Positions 1-9,912 of a DNA stretch of 45,994 nt are shown in pieces. Numbering within the stretch: position 1 is the stretch's first letter; the number at the start of each line of letters is the position of its first letter. The DNA lies in the NCBI GenBank assembly GCA_028282585.1, contig JANQHR010000067.1, positions 1 to 45,994 on the forward strand, read 5' to 3'. Below the pieces are notes generated by a model. It made no database searches and was not told where the DNA came from. It was given only the letters and a program-made list of their open reading frames with translations. This stretch comes from Bacteroidales bacterium. GTDB lineage: Bacteria > Bacteroidota > Bacteroidia > Bacteroidales > UBA12077. A program made the translations under genes and the position numbers.

Positions 1-429
1 TTAAATATTTTGCAATTGAATAGCAGAATTACGATCCGCGAACTTTCTGAAAGACTTCATTTATCCACAACTCCAATTCATGAAAGAATTAAAAAGTTGG
101 AAAAGAATGGCTACATAAAACAATACATTACATTAGTCGACCCAAAAAAGATTGGGAAATCACTGATTGTATATATTTCTGTTTCCTTAAATAACCATAC
201 GAAAGAGGCAATTGATGAATTCGAAGCTAAAATGGTTGAATTAGATGAAGTTATGGAGTCATATTATATTTCAGGCAGTTCAGATTTTCTTCTAAAAGTA
301 TATTGCAATGATATGGACGGCTTTCATCATTTTATAACCAACAAATTTTCTGTAATAGGCAATATAACTCAGTTCTATAGCTCGTTTGTAATGTCAGAAA
401 ATAAAGTGGCGAGAAACTTTATGCTTTAG
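1..429 (+). CDS. Lrp/AsnC family transcriptional regulator (5' end lies outside the window)
   Basis: HTH 'RITIRELSERLHLSTTPIHERIKKLEKNGYI' plus AsnC ligand-binding domain 'ESYYISGSSDFLLKV'. The frame is open from base 1, so the true start is upstream. Confidence 0.9.
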   Translation, partial: LNILQLNSRITIRELSERLHLSTTPIHERIKKLEKNGYIKQYITLVDPKKIGKSLIVYISVSLNNHTKEAIDEFEAKMVELDEVMESYYISGSSDFLLKVYCNDMDGFHHFITNKFSVIGNITQFYSSFVMSENKVARNFML

Positions 430-436
430 GTTCTCT

Positions 437-3400
437 TTAATTAAATACCAGGTTCTTGGCAGCTTTAAGCAGAATTGACATTTCTGCAGCTTCATAGAAA
501 TTTGCTTTTGCAGTATTATCAGTTTTAAATTTCAATTCAAGGATTGAAAAATCTTGCTTATTCAATTTTGTATATGCCACATTATTTTCATATGTATAAA
601 AGCTTCCTTGATCTGATAATGTTTGAATTTCATCTAATTTTTTTTGTATTAAAACACCATTTTTAAAGTAAAAACCTTCGTCCGATAAATCAAAACCCTG
701 TTTGGTTAGGTAAAACTTAGGTTTTTCTTTATATGGAGCAGAATTAGTAGGGCAGAACGTATTGCAGTTTCCACATTCATTGCAAAAGTTATCTATATTT
801 AGGACCTGGTATTTTTGGTTAACTTCAAATAGCCCTTCATTCTGGATTTCTATTTCTCCAGTTTTAAGTCGAACAGCATTTTGTAAATAATATGATATAG
901 GTTCAACCTCATAAGAATAATTTGCAAAATTTGGGCAAACAGTAGTGCAAATGTTACAAATCTCATCGCATTGCAAGCACCTTTCAGCTTCTTCAACAAT
1001 TGCTTTTTGCGGCAATGTTTCGCTAACTAATTTGAAATTCTTACGGTTATTTACACTTAGTTCATTAATTTTTGGAGCGAATTTTCTTTTTGCCCGTTTA
1101 AGTATTAGTTCTTTTCTAGAAAACTCTTTTCTGTTCGTTGAAAACGTAATTTTAAAATCTATTTGGGCTTTTTTAGTAATCTTTTCAGCAGCTTTTCTAC
1201 CATCGCCAATTGCTTTAATCGCTGTTGCAGCACCGCGCAATGCATCACCACCGATAAAAACATTTTCTAGTTGGGTTTCGTAACCTCCAATTTTTGCTTT
1301 TAATAGCTCTTCATTTGTAAAATCAATATCGAGGCTTTGCCCAATGGCAGGAATGACCGTATCACATTCGATTTCATATTCAGAACCAACTATTTTTACA
1401 GGTTTCGGCCTACCGGAAGAATCAGCTTCTTTTAACTCCATTTTACTTACAATGATACTTTTAACTTTTCCATTTTTGTGCGTAATTTCCTCGGGGCTTA
1501 CGAGTTCGATTATTTCCATTCCTTCTTCGATTACAGCTTTTATTTCTCCCTGGTCAGCAGGCATTTCATTAACCGTGCGGCGGTATACTATCGTAACTTT
1601 CCCTTTTTCACCAACCAGCCTGTAAGCTGTACGGGCAGCATCCATAGCCGTATTGCCTCCACCAATAATTACAACATGTTCTCCTATTCCTGTTTCTTTT
1701 CCTTCTTTAGCTCTGAATAAAAATTCCAGTGAATCTAAAACACCTTTTGAATTAATTCCTAACAAATGAAAAGGGGCTGATAACTGAGCACCAACACCAA
1801 TAAAAACGTAATTAAATGTACCTCTTAAGTTCTGAAATTTTTCAGAATCAACTTTAGTATTAAAGTGAATTTTAACTCCTAACTCGGTAATGCGTTTTAA
1901 ATCTTTTTCAATTGCACTGTCAGTTAGCCTAAAACCTGGTATAGCATATGCTACCATTCCCCCAGCTTTCGGTTTAGCTTCAAAAACTTCAACTGAAAAA
2001 CCTGCTAAAGCTAAGTAATAAGCAGCTGACATTCCTGAAGGGCCTGCGCCAATTATTGCAACTTTTAGGTGATTCGGTTTACCTGGAGTTAGTTTTATTT
2101 CCTGTTGTTCGGAAATAAAGCGCTTTACTTCACGAATCAAGAGAGAATTATCGTAATGAACCCGTGTGCACTTATTTTGGCATAAATGGTCGCATACTAC
2201 CCCTGTAATGGCTGGAAACGGGTTTGTTTTCAAAATCGCTTTGTATGCTTTATTAAATTGATTTTTAGATGAATAATAAAGATAATCCGGAATGTCCTGG
2301 TTAGTGGCACAGGTATCTTTACAAGGTGCAGAAACACAATCAAAATAACTTAATTTTCGTTCGGTTTTTATAGTTGGGGCTTTAATATTATTTCTTTTAA
2401 AATAATCAGAATAGATTACTTGGCTAGTATATTTATTGAGAAAGTTGGAAGCGTTTTCCTTTGATGTATTTAAGACTGTTTTATTTTGTTTGAGCTCTTC
2501 AAAATACTGGTTTAACTTCATATAACCTCCTGGTTTCAGGATATCTGAACATACTGTAACCGTCTTAAAACCACATGATAAAATATCGGAGATATTGAAA
2601 GCATCTGCACCAGCGGAAAATGAGAGTTCTAACGCTCCATTAAACTTGGTTTGAAGTTTTTTAGCAACTTGAATTGAAATTGGGTGTAAAGCTCGCCCAC
2701 TCATATACATCATATCCACATCGCCTCCAAACACTTGTTTGTTATTAACAGACTCTAAAGTGTTTGTTAATTTTAACCCAAAATGTAGCTTTTTTTGGTT
2801 TGCAATTTTCTGCAATGATTGAATTATCTTAATTGCATCTGGGTATTTTAGGTCATGCTCAAATGCAATATCCGGAACTTCCGTTTTATAATTTAATTGA
2901 TCATTTAAGATTTCCCTTAAATATTTGGGCCCTAATAAAGTTGGGTTTAACTTAACATACGTATGCAGATTTTTTTCTTCGAGTAAATACCTGGCAATAT
3001 CCTCAATCTCATTAGCAGGGCAACCATGCATGGTAGATAAGGTTATGTTATCGGAAATTTTCGATGGTACTTCAATTTCTTTAATATCAGGATATAATTT
3101 TTGGATGCTTTTTAGCTTTTCAGATAATTCGTTGGAACAGTCCTCCATTTTATCAAAAAACCACTGAACATTCTCTTTTAAGATGCCTTCAAGGTTATAT
3201 CCAACACTCATGTTAAAAATGGTTCCGGTATTTTTACCCCACCTAAATTTATGGTTAAGAATATGAATAATTACCCATGCATTTAAATACTCATTATAGC
3301 TCTCCTTAATTTTTAATTCTTGCGACCATTCACAATTGTAACCTTCATCTTGCATGTCTATGCAAGGTTTGGGTATTTCAAGTTCATCTAATGTTTGTAT

Positions 3401-3658
3401 TGTTTTTAGTTCAATATACCTAGCACCCACCAACCATGAAGCAATTATATTTTGTGCCATTTGGGAGTGGGGCCCGGCAGCAACACCTAAAGGCGAATCA
3501 ATGAACTGATTAAATTGCTCAACCTTAAATTCAGGATTCTTTAATGGATTAAAAAATAATTCTTCCGGAATACCAAAAACGCTTTTATCGTTTTGATATT
3601 CATTTAAAATAAGCTGTAATAAATGTTTTAATGATATAGGATGGAACATATCTGGCAT
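437..3658 (-). CDS. ygfK: YgfK-like flavo-iron-sulfur oxidoreductase (often annotated 'putative selenate reductase subunit')
   Basis: N-terminal 'GVAAGPHSQMAQN...ELKT' domain, GltD-like FAD/NAD(P) core (GAGPSG, GGGNTAMD) with CxxxC clusters, and C-terminal ferredoxin motifs CLQCDEICNICTTVCP and CNECGNCNTFCP. 1073 aa. Confidence 0.85.
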   Translation of the reverse strand: MPDMFHPISLKHLLQLILNEYQNDKSVFGIPEELFFNPLKNPEFKVEQFNQFIDSPLGVAAGPHSQMAQNIIASWLVGARYIELKTIQTLDELEIPKPCIDMQDEGYNCEWSQELKIKESYNEYLNAWVIIHILNHKFRWGKNTGTIFNMSVGYNLEGILKENVQWFFDKMEDCSNELSEKLKSIQKLYPDIKEIEVPSKISDNITLSTMHGCPANEIEDIARYLLEEKNLHTYVKLNPTLLGPKYLREILNDQLNYKTEVPDIAFEHDLKYPDAIKIIQSLQKIANQKKLHFGLKLTNTLESVNNKQVFGGDVDMMYMSGRALHPISIQVAKKLQTKFNGALELSFSAGADAFNISDILSCGFKTVTVCSDILKPGGYMKLNQYFEELKQNKTVLNTSKENASNFLNKYTSQVIYSDYFKRNNIKAPTIKTERKLSYFDCVSAPCKDTCATNQDIPDYLYYSSKNQFNKAYKAILKTNPFPAITGVVCDHLCQNKCTRVHYDNSLLIREVKRFISEQQEIKLTPGKPNHLKVAIIGAGPSGMSAAYYLALAGFSVEVFEAKPKAGGMVAYAIPGFRLTDSAIEKDLKRITELGVKIHFNTKVDSEKFQNLRGTFNYVFIGVGAQLSAPFHLLGINSKGVLDSLEFLFRAKEGKETGIGEHVVIIGGGNTAMDAARTAYRLVGEKGKVTIVYRRTVNEMPADQGEIKAVIEEGMEIIELVSPEEITHKNGKVKSIIVSKMELKEADSSGRPKPVKIVGSEYEIECDTVIPAIGQSLDIDFTNEELLKAKIGGYETQLENVFIGGDALRGAATAIKAIGDGRKAAEKITKKAQIDFKITFSTNRKEFSRKELILKRAKRKFAPKINELSVNNRKNFKLVSETLPQKAIVEEAERCLQCDEICNICTTVCPNFANYSYEVEPISYYLQNAVRLKTGEIEIQNEGLFEVNQKYQVLNIDNFCNECGNCNTFCPTNSAPYKEKPKFYLTKQGFDLSDEGFYFKNGVLIQKKLDEIQTLSDQGSFYTYENNVAYTKLNKQDFSILELKFKTDNTAKANFYEAAEMSILLKAAKNLVFN

Positions 3659-3686
3659 GGTTGTATTATTTAAGTTTGTAACAAAA

Positions 3687-3694
3687 CAAATTTA
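3687..3694 (-). promoter_or_regulatory. Bacteroidota sigma-A -7 box (TAAATTTG) upstream of ygfK
   Basis: Matches TAnnTTTG about 30 nt upstream of the ATG at 3658. Confidence 0.55.
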
Positions 3695-3753
3695 CGTAAA
3701 CCAGCCGGTATTATTAAATTACTTCTATATTTATAGTTTATTTCAGGAAAAAC

Positions 3754-4359
3754 ATGAAGCCAACTATTAAATTTAAAAAAGATTTTTCTGTTATTATTTT
3801 AGCAGCCGGAAAATCGGAAAGGTTGGGGTTTCCAAAATTATCTTTAAAGTTTGATGAATGCAATACTTTTATAGAATACATAATACATGAGTACTTACAA
3901 TGTTGTAAAGAGATTATAGTTGTTGTAAATGAAAGCAGTTATGGTTATTTAAAAGGCAATAAGGTTATCTTGCCCGATGAAGTTAAAATTGTAATTAATG
4001 AATATCCTGAATGGCACAGGTTCTATTCTTTGAAGTTAGGAGTTCAAAAGCTGTCAGAAAAAATACCGGTAGTTTTTCATAATGTTGATAACCCTTTTGT
4101 AAATAAAGAGGTTTTAAATAAATTAATGAGTTGTTTGGATAAAGCACAATATATCATTCCGGAGCATGAAGGGAGAAGTGGGCACCCGGTTTTATTGTCC
4201 GCGAATATTGTTAAGGATATTGCATCAACAAAAGAGAATAAGTTACATTTAAAAGAATTTCTAAATCAATATTCAAAACAAAAAGTTTCGGTTGATGATG
4301 AAAAAGTATTAGTAAATATTAATACCATCGAAGACTATAACAAATATTTCCAAAAATAA
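3754..4359 (+). CDS. mocA: MocA/YgfJ-like molybdenum cofactor nucleotidyltransferase (NTP transferase)
   Basis: IILAAGKSERLGFPK, xVDNP, GHPVLL and NINTxEDY motifs; neighbours xdh and ygfK. Confidence 0.7.
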   Translation: MKPTIKFKKDFSVIILAAGKSERLGFPKLSLKFDECNTFIEYIIHEYLQCCKEIIVVVNESSYGYLKGNKVILPDEVKIVINEYPEWHRFYSLKLGVQKLSEKIPVVFHNVDNPFVNKEVLNKLMSCLDKAQYIIPEHEGRSGHPVLLSANIVKDIASTKENKLHLKEFLNQYSKQKVSVDDEKVLVNINTIEDYNKYFQK

Positions 4360-4366
4360 CTATTAC

Positions 4367-6619
4367 TTATTTTTGATACAACCTTAATAATACTTTCTCC
4401 GGTGTTAGCGGAGCATCAAAATCGAGTTTATAATTAGGGTTAAATGCCCGGATTGCTTTTGTTAATGCAAAATATGCCCCAATGCCATACATAAATGGTG
4501 GTTCTCCAACTGCCTTTGACCTTAGCAATGCTAATTCCGGGCCATCAACTATTAATGGAATAATTTCAATGTTTTTAGGAACAGAATAGATATCTGGCAC
4601 TTTGTAGGTAGATAAGCTATTGGAAAGTAATTTTCCGTCTTTAGAAAAAGCAACTTCTTCCATAGTTACCCATCCAATTCCTTGAACAAGGGCCCCTTCA
4701 ACCTGCCCATTATCAATAGCTGTATTCATACTATTTCCAAAATCATGGATAATTTTAACATCGTCAAACTCATAAATTCCTCGAATACAATCCAATGTTA
4801 CCGTAACGATAGCTACCCCATAAACGTGGTATGCAAACGGGTAGCCTTTTTCTTTGGTTTTGTCAAAATGAATTACAGGAGTAGCATAATGCCCATTTTC
4901 AGTTAAACATACCCGGCCCAGGAATGCTGTTTCAACTAACTTATTCCACCCTATACCTGTTTCTTTTCCATTTTTTAAAACCTTTTCACCTTCTATTGAT
5001 AATTCAGAAGCATCGCAGGATAGCATTTTAGAAGATGTACTTTTTAATCTTTTCAATAATGTAGTACAAGCAATTTTTAAGGCATTTCCATTAAGGTCTG
5101 CCCCCGAGCTTGCTGCTGTAGGAGAGGTATTGGCTACCCGGGTTGTATTGGTTGTTTCAATTTTAATCCGGCCCGGGTTTATCGAAAATACTTGGGATGC
5201 GACCTGAATTAGTTTGGTATTTACTCCCTGGCCCATTTCTACAGCTCCAGTGCTTATCCCAACGCTTCCGTCCTGGTATATGTGAACTAATGCACGTGCC
5301 TGGTTCATGGGTGTTTTAGTAAATGAAATTCCAAAACATACGGGCATAATAGCCATACCTTTTTTGTAATTGGTATTTTTAGAATTGAAACCTTCAACCT
5401 CCTTTTCAATTTCATTAACCTGGTATGTTTTAATAGCACTGTAATAACATTTTTCAATATTGGCATTCTCGGCTAGCTGCCCATACTGAAATTGATTACC
5501 TTCTTTTAAGAAGTTTGTTTCTTGAATCAGCCTTTTGGATATATTTAGCTCACAAGCAGCTTTAGCAATGGCCGATTCAATTACAAACATACCCTGGGGG
5601 GCGCCAAATCCTCTAAAAGCAGTGTTCGGAGGTAAATTGGTTTTGCAACTATGTACCGTTACTTCCGTGTTTGGGATGAAATATGCACCTGTTGAATGAA
5701 ACAAAGTACGTTCCATAATGGCCGGAGATAAATCACTAGCTGCACCACCATTCTGGAACATGGTAGTTTGATACGCTAAAATTCTATAATTTTCAGATAA
5801 TCCTATTTTAAAATCTGTACTATACGGATGGCGTTTACCGGTCATTAAGATATCATCTAACCTATGGAGAATAACTTTAACTGGCTTTTGAATCAGAAAT
5901 GAAGCTAGCGCAGCCATGCATGCATAAGGTGTAGCCTGGTCTTCTTTTCCACCAAACCCACCACCTAAACGGGCAACATCAACTTCAATTCTATGCATAG
6001 GCAAACCCAGTACCCTGGCTGCGATCTTTTGTACCAAGGTAGCGCCTTGAGTAGATGAATGTATTTTAATACTATTGTTATCAGTAAGGTAAGCATATGA
6101 ACCTTGCGTTTCGATGTAAAGGTGTTCCTGCCCGCCACTTTCTACTTTTCCTTCAAAAATGTAATCGCATTTAGGCCAGGCGTTTTCTACGTCTCCTAAT
6201 TTAAAAGTTCTGGAGGGGATTAATAAATTCCCTTTTTCTTTTGCCTCTCTGGCATCCGTAATAACTTCCAGTTCCTCAATTTCAGCATTTATGAGTTTTA
6301 CCGCTTTTCTTGCTATTATTTCAGACTTTGCAACTACTAAAGCAATTGGTTGCCCAATGAAATGAACTTCATTTTCTGCAAAGAGGGGTTCGTCTTCAAT
6401 AATTCCACCAATTTGATTTCTACCTGGAATATCTTTGTAAGTGAATATTTTTACTACTCCTTCCAGTAATTCGGCTTCGGTTGTGCCTAGGCTTAAAATT
6501 CTACCATGAGCTTTTGGCGAACCAAAGACAGCTCCGAAAAGTGTTCCTGCCTGAATTGGAATATCATCAACATAAACAGATTTTCCGGTAACGTGGTTCT
6601 TTGAGTCAATATTTTTCAT
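4367..6619 (-). CDS. xdhB: Xanthine dehydrogenase molybdopterin-binding subunit
   Basis: GGQEHLYIET, GGGFGGKE, ERTLFH, AFRGFG, FGISFT, EMGQG and SKAVGEPP motifs of the xanthine oxidase family. Confidence 0.9.
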   Translation of the reverse strand: MKNIDSKNHVTGKSVYVDDIPIQAGTLFGAVFGSPKAHGRILSLGTTEAELLEGVVKIFTYKDIPGRNQIGGIIEDEPLFAENEVHFIGQPIALVVAKSEIIARKAVKLINAEIEELEVITDAREAKEKGNLLIPSRTFKLGDVENAWPKCDYIFEGKVESGGQEHLYIETQGSYAYLTDNNSIKIHSSTQGATLVQKIAARVLGLPMHRIEVDVARLGGGFGGKEDQATPYACMAALASFLIQKPVKVILHRLDDILMTGKRHPYSTDFKIGLSENYRILAYQTTMFQNGGAASDLSPAIMERTLFHSTGAYFIPNTEVTVHSCKTNLPPNTAFRGFGAPQGMFVIESAIAKAACELNISKRLIQETNFLKEGNQFQYGQLAENANIEKCYYSAIKTYQVNEIEKEVEGFNSKNTNYKKGMAIMPVCFGISFTKTPMNQARALVHIYQDGSVGISTGAVEMGQGVNTKLIQVASQVFSINPGRIKIETTNTTRVANTSPTAASSGADLNGNALKIACTTLLKRLKSTSSKMLSCDASELSIEGEKVLKNGKETGIGWNKLVETAFLGRVCLTENGHYATPVIHFDKTKEKGYPFAYHVYGVAIVTVTLDCIRGIYEFDDVKIIHDFGNSMNTAIDNGQVEGALVQGIGWVTMEEVAFSKDGKLLSNSLSTYKVPDIYSVPKNIEIIPLIVDGPELALLRSKAVGEPPFMYGIGAYFALTKAIRAFNPNYKLDFDAPLTPEKVLLRLYQK

Positions 6620-6632
6620 AGTACTTACCTGT

Positions 6633-8030
6633 TTAGCTTAATAGCTCATTTATAGATATATTTTCGGGAAATAACTTAATGAAATGGGCAAAAAGAAGCT
6701 GCCTTAATAGTAGCCTCTTATAATCCTTACTTCCTCTAATATCACTAATTGGAGAGATTTCTTCTTGCAATATTTCGTTGGCTTTTATAATTGTGCCATT
6801 TGTAACTTTTTTTCCAATTAAATAGCGTGATGCCTCGCCTAAATATTTTGGAATTGGGCTGGTACCGCCTGCAGAAATCGAACAGCTTTCAATTATGCCA
6901 CCTTTTAATTCAAGGTATATAGCTGAATTAACACTAGCAATATCTAAGTAGGTTCTTTTGCTTACCTTTTCAAAATTAAACATGGAGTAAGGTTTAGGAA
7001 TTGGAACAACAATAGAATCGATATATTCTTTTTCCTTTAAATTGAGTTTTTTATAACCCAAGAAGAAATTTTTCAACGGAATTTCACGGGTATGGTTTGA
7101 TTCTTTTAATAGGACATTAGCGTTTAACGCCAAAAAGAAGATACTTAAATCTCCTATTGGTGAAGCATTTACAAAATTGCCTGCTACCGTTCCCATATTC
7201 CTGATTGGTTCGGATGAAACCAATTTAAAGTAAGCCCCGGTGCCAGGAATATATTTTTGCAATATTTCGGAACTCATTATATCCGTAGCATTGCAGGCTG
7301 AGCCAATACGAATTCTATCCTTTTCTTCCTTTATTTCTTTTAAATCCTGGCGGTTGTAAAATAGGTTAATATTTGTTTCCGCAATTTCTTCCGGGCGCTG
7401 CACCATAAGGTCCGTTCCTCCGGCAATTATCTGTTTTGTAGCAACAATAATGGTAGGTTCAATTTGATTTAACCGGCCTGGTATACCAAGGAAATAGGCA
7501 GGCAAAAAATCATTTTCAATTAACCAGTTAATTGGATTTTCTACGTCCTTTTTTTCTAATAATACGGAGATGCTTTTAGCAGCTTTTTCAATCGATTTGT
7601 ATCCTGTACAACGGCAAATATTTCCGCTAACCGATGCAATTGCTTTATCATAACTTGTATTTTCGCCTGCCATTGCATGCCCGGTTAATGAGGCCACAAA
7701 ACCCGGCGTACAAAAACCGCATTGAGTTGCAGAGTTTTCAACCATTGCTTTTTGAACTGGAGATAAACCCTTCATATTTATTCCTTCGATGGTGACAATA
7801 TGCTTTCCATGAGCATTCCCAAGCGGTGTAAGGCATGAAACGATGCTCTTGTATTTTATCGTATTGCCATCTAAAGTACCCTCCAAAACCGTACAGGCTC
7901 CACAATCACCTTCGCGGCACCCAATTTTTGTCCCGGGTAAGTTTTGCCCATACCGGATAAAATCCAATAAAGTAGTTCCCGGATGGCTTTCCGTATTTAT
8001 TGTTTGATTATTTAATATGAATGATATCAT
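6633..8030 (-). CDS. xdhA: Xanthine dehydrogenase small subunit (2x[2Fe-2S] + FAD)
   Basis: GCREGDCGAC, QCGFCTPG and NICRCTGY Fe-S motifs; AGGTDL and IRNMGTVAGN FAD motifs. Confidence 0.9.
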   Translation of the reverse strand: MISFILNNQTINTESHPGTTLLDFIRYGQNLPGTKIGCREGDCGACTVLEGTLDGNTIKYKSIVSCLTPLGNAHGKHIVTIEGINMKGLSPVQKAMVENSATQCGFCTPGFVASLTGHAMAGENTSYDKAIASVSGNICRCTGYKSIEKAAKSISVLLEKKDVENPINWLIENDFLPAYFLGIPGRLNQIEPTIIVATKQIIAGGTDLMVQRPEEIAETNINLFYNRQDLKEIKEEKDRIRIGSACNATDIMSSEILQKYIPGTGAYFKLVSSEPIRNMGTVAGNFVNASPIGDLSIFFLALNANVLLKESNHTREIPLKNFFLGYKKLNLKEKEYIDSIVVPIPKPYSMFNFEKVSKRTYLDIASVNSAIYLELKGGIIESCSISAGGTSPIPKYLGEASRYLIGKKVTNGTIIKANEILQEEISPISDIRGSKDYKRLLLRQLLFAHFIKLFPENISINELLS

Positions 8031-8059
8031 AATTAAGTAAGTTAATACATTTAGGCACC

Positions 8060-9226
8060 CTAACTTTTTATTGGTTCTAAAACTTCGTTTTGCCCAATCT
8101 CATTTTTCAGGGTTTCTGAATATTCAAAAACATGAACTACATCAAAATCATGTGCTTTAATAAGGCAATATACTTCTTGTTTTTCGTGAAGGTAAAGATT
8201 GGTTATAATTTCCTGCGAAATTTCAACAAAAAGGTCAAAACCACAATCTATTATACAAAAAGCACCTTCTTTATTTTTAATAATTTGTTTTACGGTCCCT
8301 TTCAATTGGTTTTGTATGCTGATAGCTTCATTTTTTTCTAAGCTAAGAGCAATATCTATCGGCCTTAGGCTTAACTGAATTTTAGACCCTTTAATTATAA
8401 ATTCATTTAATAGTTTTGAATGATTCGTAATATTAAGAACAGTATCTTGATTAAAGTTTACTGTGTAAGAATTTTTAAGCTCGTTATATGAATCAAAGTT
8501 AACGTTAAATGTGTTCTGAAACTTTTTTGATTTAATTAACTCAGGCTTTTCATTATTCTTTATAATGTTCAAAATATTTCCTGAAGCCACAGAACATCCG
8601 TTTTCAATAACTACTATTTTATGAGTTAGTTTTAATATATCTTCCAAATGATGACTAATAATAATCATTGGAATTTTAAAGTAATTATTGATTCTAAGCA
8701 AATAAGAAATGATTTGCCTTCTTTTAGAACAGTCAACATTTGAGAATGGTTCATCCAGAAGTAATAAACGTGGTTGGGAAAGAAGAGCTCTGCCAATTGC
8801 TACCCGCTGGCGTTCACCGCCAGATAATAGCCTTGGTTTTTTATTTAAAATAGATTCGATCTCCAATAAATTTACTATTTCGTCAAAGGGTATATATTTA
8901 TTTTTATGTTTAATATAAGGTTTACTGAATAGTAAGTTTTTCTTTACCGATAAGTGTGGGAATAAGTAGTTTTCCTGGAAAACATAACCTACACTTCTTT
9001 TTTTTGCTTGTTTTATCAGGTTTTGTTCAATATCAACTAACGGTTCAAAATTTAGTTTTATTTTACCTTTTTGAGGTGTGTCGAGTCCTGATAATAAGTT
9101 GAATAAAGTAGTTTTTCCTGCACCAGAAGGGCCAAATATTCCGGTTATAGAACTATCAGTTTGAAAATCATAGTAAAAATGATTATCACCAAGTTGATGT
9201 TTTACTTTTTCAAATTGTAATATCAT
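8060..9226 (-). CDS. modC: Molybdate ABC transporter ATP-binding protein
   Basis: Walker A GPSGAGKT, LSGGERQR signature, LLLLDEP, and a C-terminal TOBE-like 'SIQNQLKG...YCLIKA'. ATGA overlap with modB. Confidence 0.9.
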   Translation of the reverse strand: MILQFEKVKHQLGDNHFYYDFQTDSSITGIFGPSGAGKTTLFNLLSGLDTPQKGKIKLNFEPLVDIEQNLIKQAKKRSVGYVFQENYLFPHLSVKKNLLFSKPYIKHKNKYIPFDEIVNLLEIESILNKKPRLLSGGERQRVAIGRALLSQPRLLLLDEPFSNVDCSKRRQIISYLLRINNYFKIPMIIISHHLEDILKLTHKIVVIENGCSVASGNILNIIKNNEKPELIKSKKFQNTFNVNFDSYNELKNSYTVNFNQDTVLNITNHSKLLNEFIIKGSKIQLSLRPIDIALSLEKNEAISIQNQLKGTVKQIIKNKEGAFCIIDCGFDLFVEISQEIITNLYLHEKQEVYCLIKAHDFDVVHVFEYSETLKNEIGQNEVLEPIKS

Positions 9227-9906
9227 CGAAGCAAGTAGTTTTTCTTTTTATTAAAATACTCAGAAAAAATAATCGCTATAAGAGAGATTAAAATAGAGAT
9301 AATTACTAGTCTTGTTACAACCGATTCTTTTCCAGGAATCTGCATATTTGAGTAAACACTCAATGCAATGGTCTGAGTTTTTCCGGCAATGTTACCGGCG
9401 AACGATATAGTTGCTCCAAATTCACCTAAGCTTCTGGCAAATGCTAAAACGGTACCACTAATTATTCCTGGTAGAGCCATAGGTACATAGATTCTAAAAA
9501 AAGTACCTAATCTTGATGCTCCTAAAGAACTGGAAGCCTTTTCATAGTTGGGATCTATTAATTCAAATGAGGATTTTATATTCCTAACTGCCAGTGGCAA
9601 AGAAACAATAATTGAGGCAATAACAACGGCAGTAAAATTAAATGCAAGATTAATTCCAAATAAATCATGTATAAATCCACCAATAATACCATTTTTGCCT
9701 AAAATGATCAAAAGTAAATAACCAGTGACTATTGGAGGGGCAACCAAAGGAATATTTATTAATCCTTCAATAATTAGTTTCCCAAAAAAATTCTTTTTGG
9801 CTAGCAACCAACCTAACCATATAGCAATTGGAACCGTTATAAAGGTGCTAATAAGAGCAGCTTTTATAGTTAGTAATATAACTGATATTTCTTCCGAACT
9901 AAGCAT
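9223..9906 (-). CDS. modB: Molybdate ABC transporter permease
   Basis: PLVAPPIVTGYLLL and FARSLGEFGAT motifs. Confidence 0.92.
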   Translation of the reverse strand: MLSSEEISVILLTIKAALISTFITVPIAIWLGWLLAKKNFFGKLIIEGLINIPLVAPPIVTGYLLLIILGKNGIIGGFIHDLFGINLAFNFTAVVIASIIVSLPLAVRNIKSSFELIDPNYEKASSSLGASRLGTFFRIYVPMALPGIISGTVLAFARSLGEFGATISFAGNIAGKTQTIALSVYSNMQIPGKESVVTRLVIISILISLIAIIFSEYFNKKKNYLLR

Positions 9907-9912
9907 TTTAAA

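Noticed and set aside
61-69. Perfect DnaA box TTATCCACA
   Set aside because: Single copy inside the Lrp coding sequence (codons L-S-T), about 11 kb from dnaA; probably chance.
437-8030. Selenocysteine recoding in ygfK/xdh, or true selenate reductase function
   Set aside because: The ORFs are full length with no in-frame TGA. The 'selenate reductase' label for YgfK is a legacy annotation not supported by anything in this sequence.
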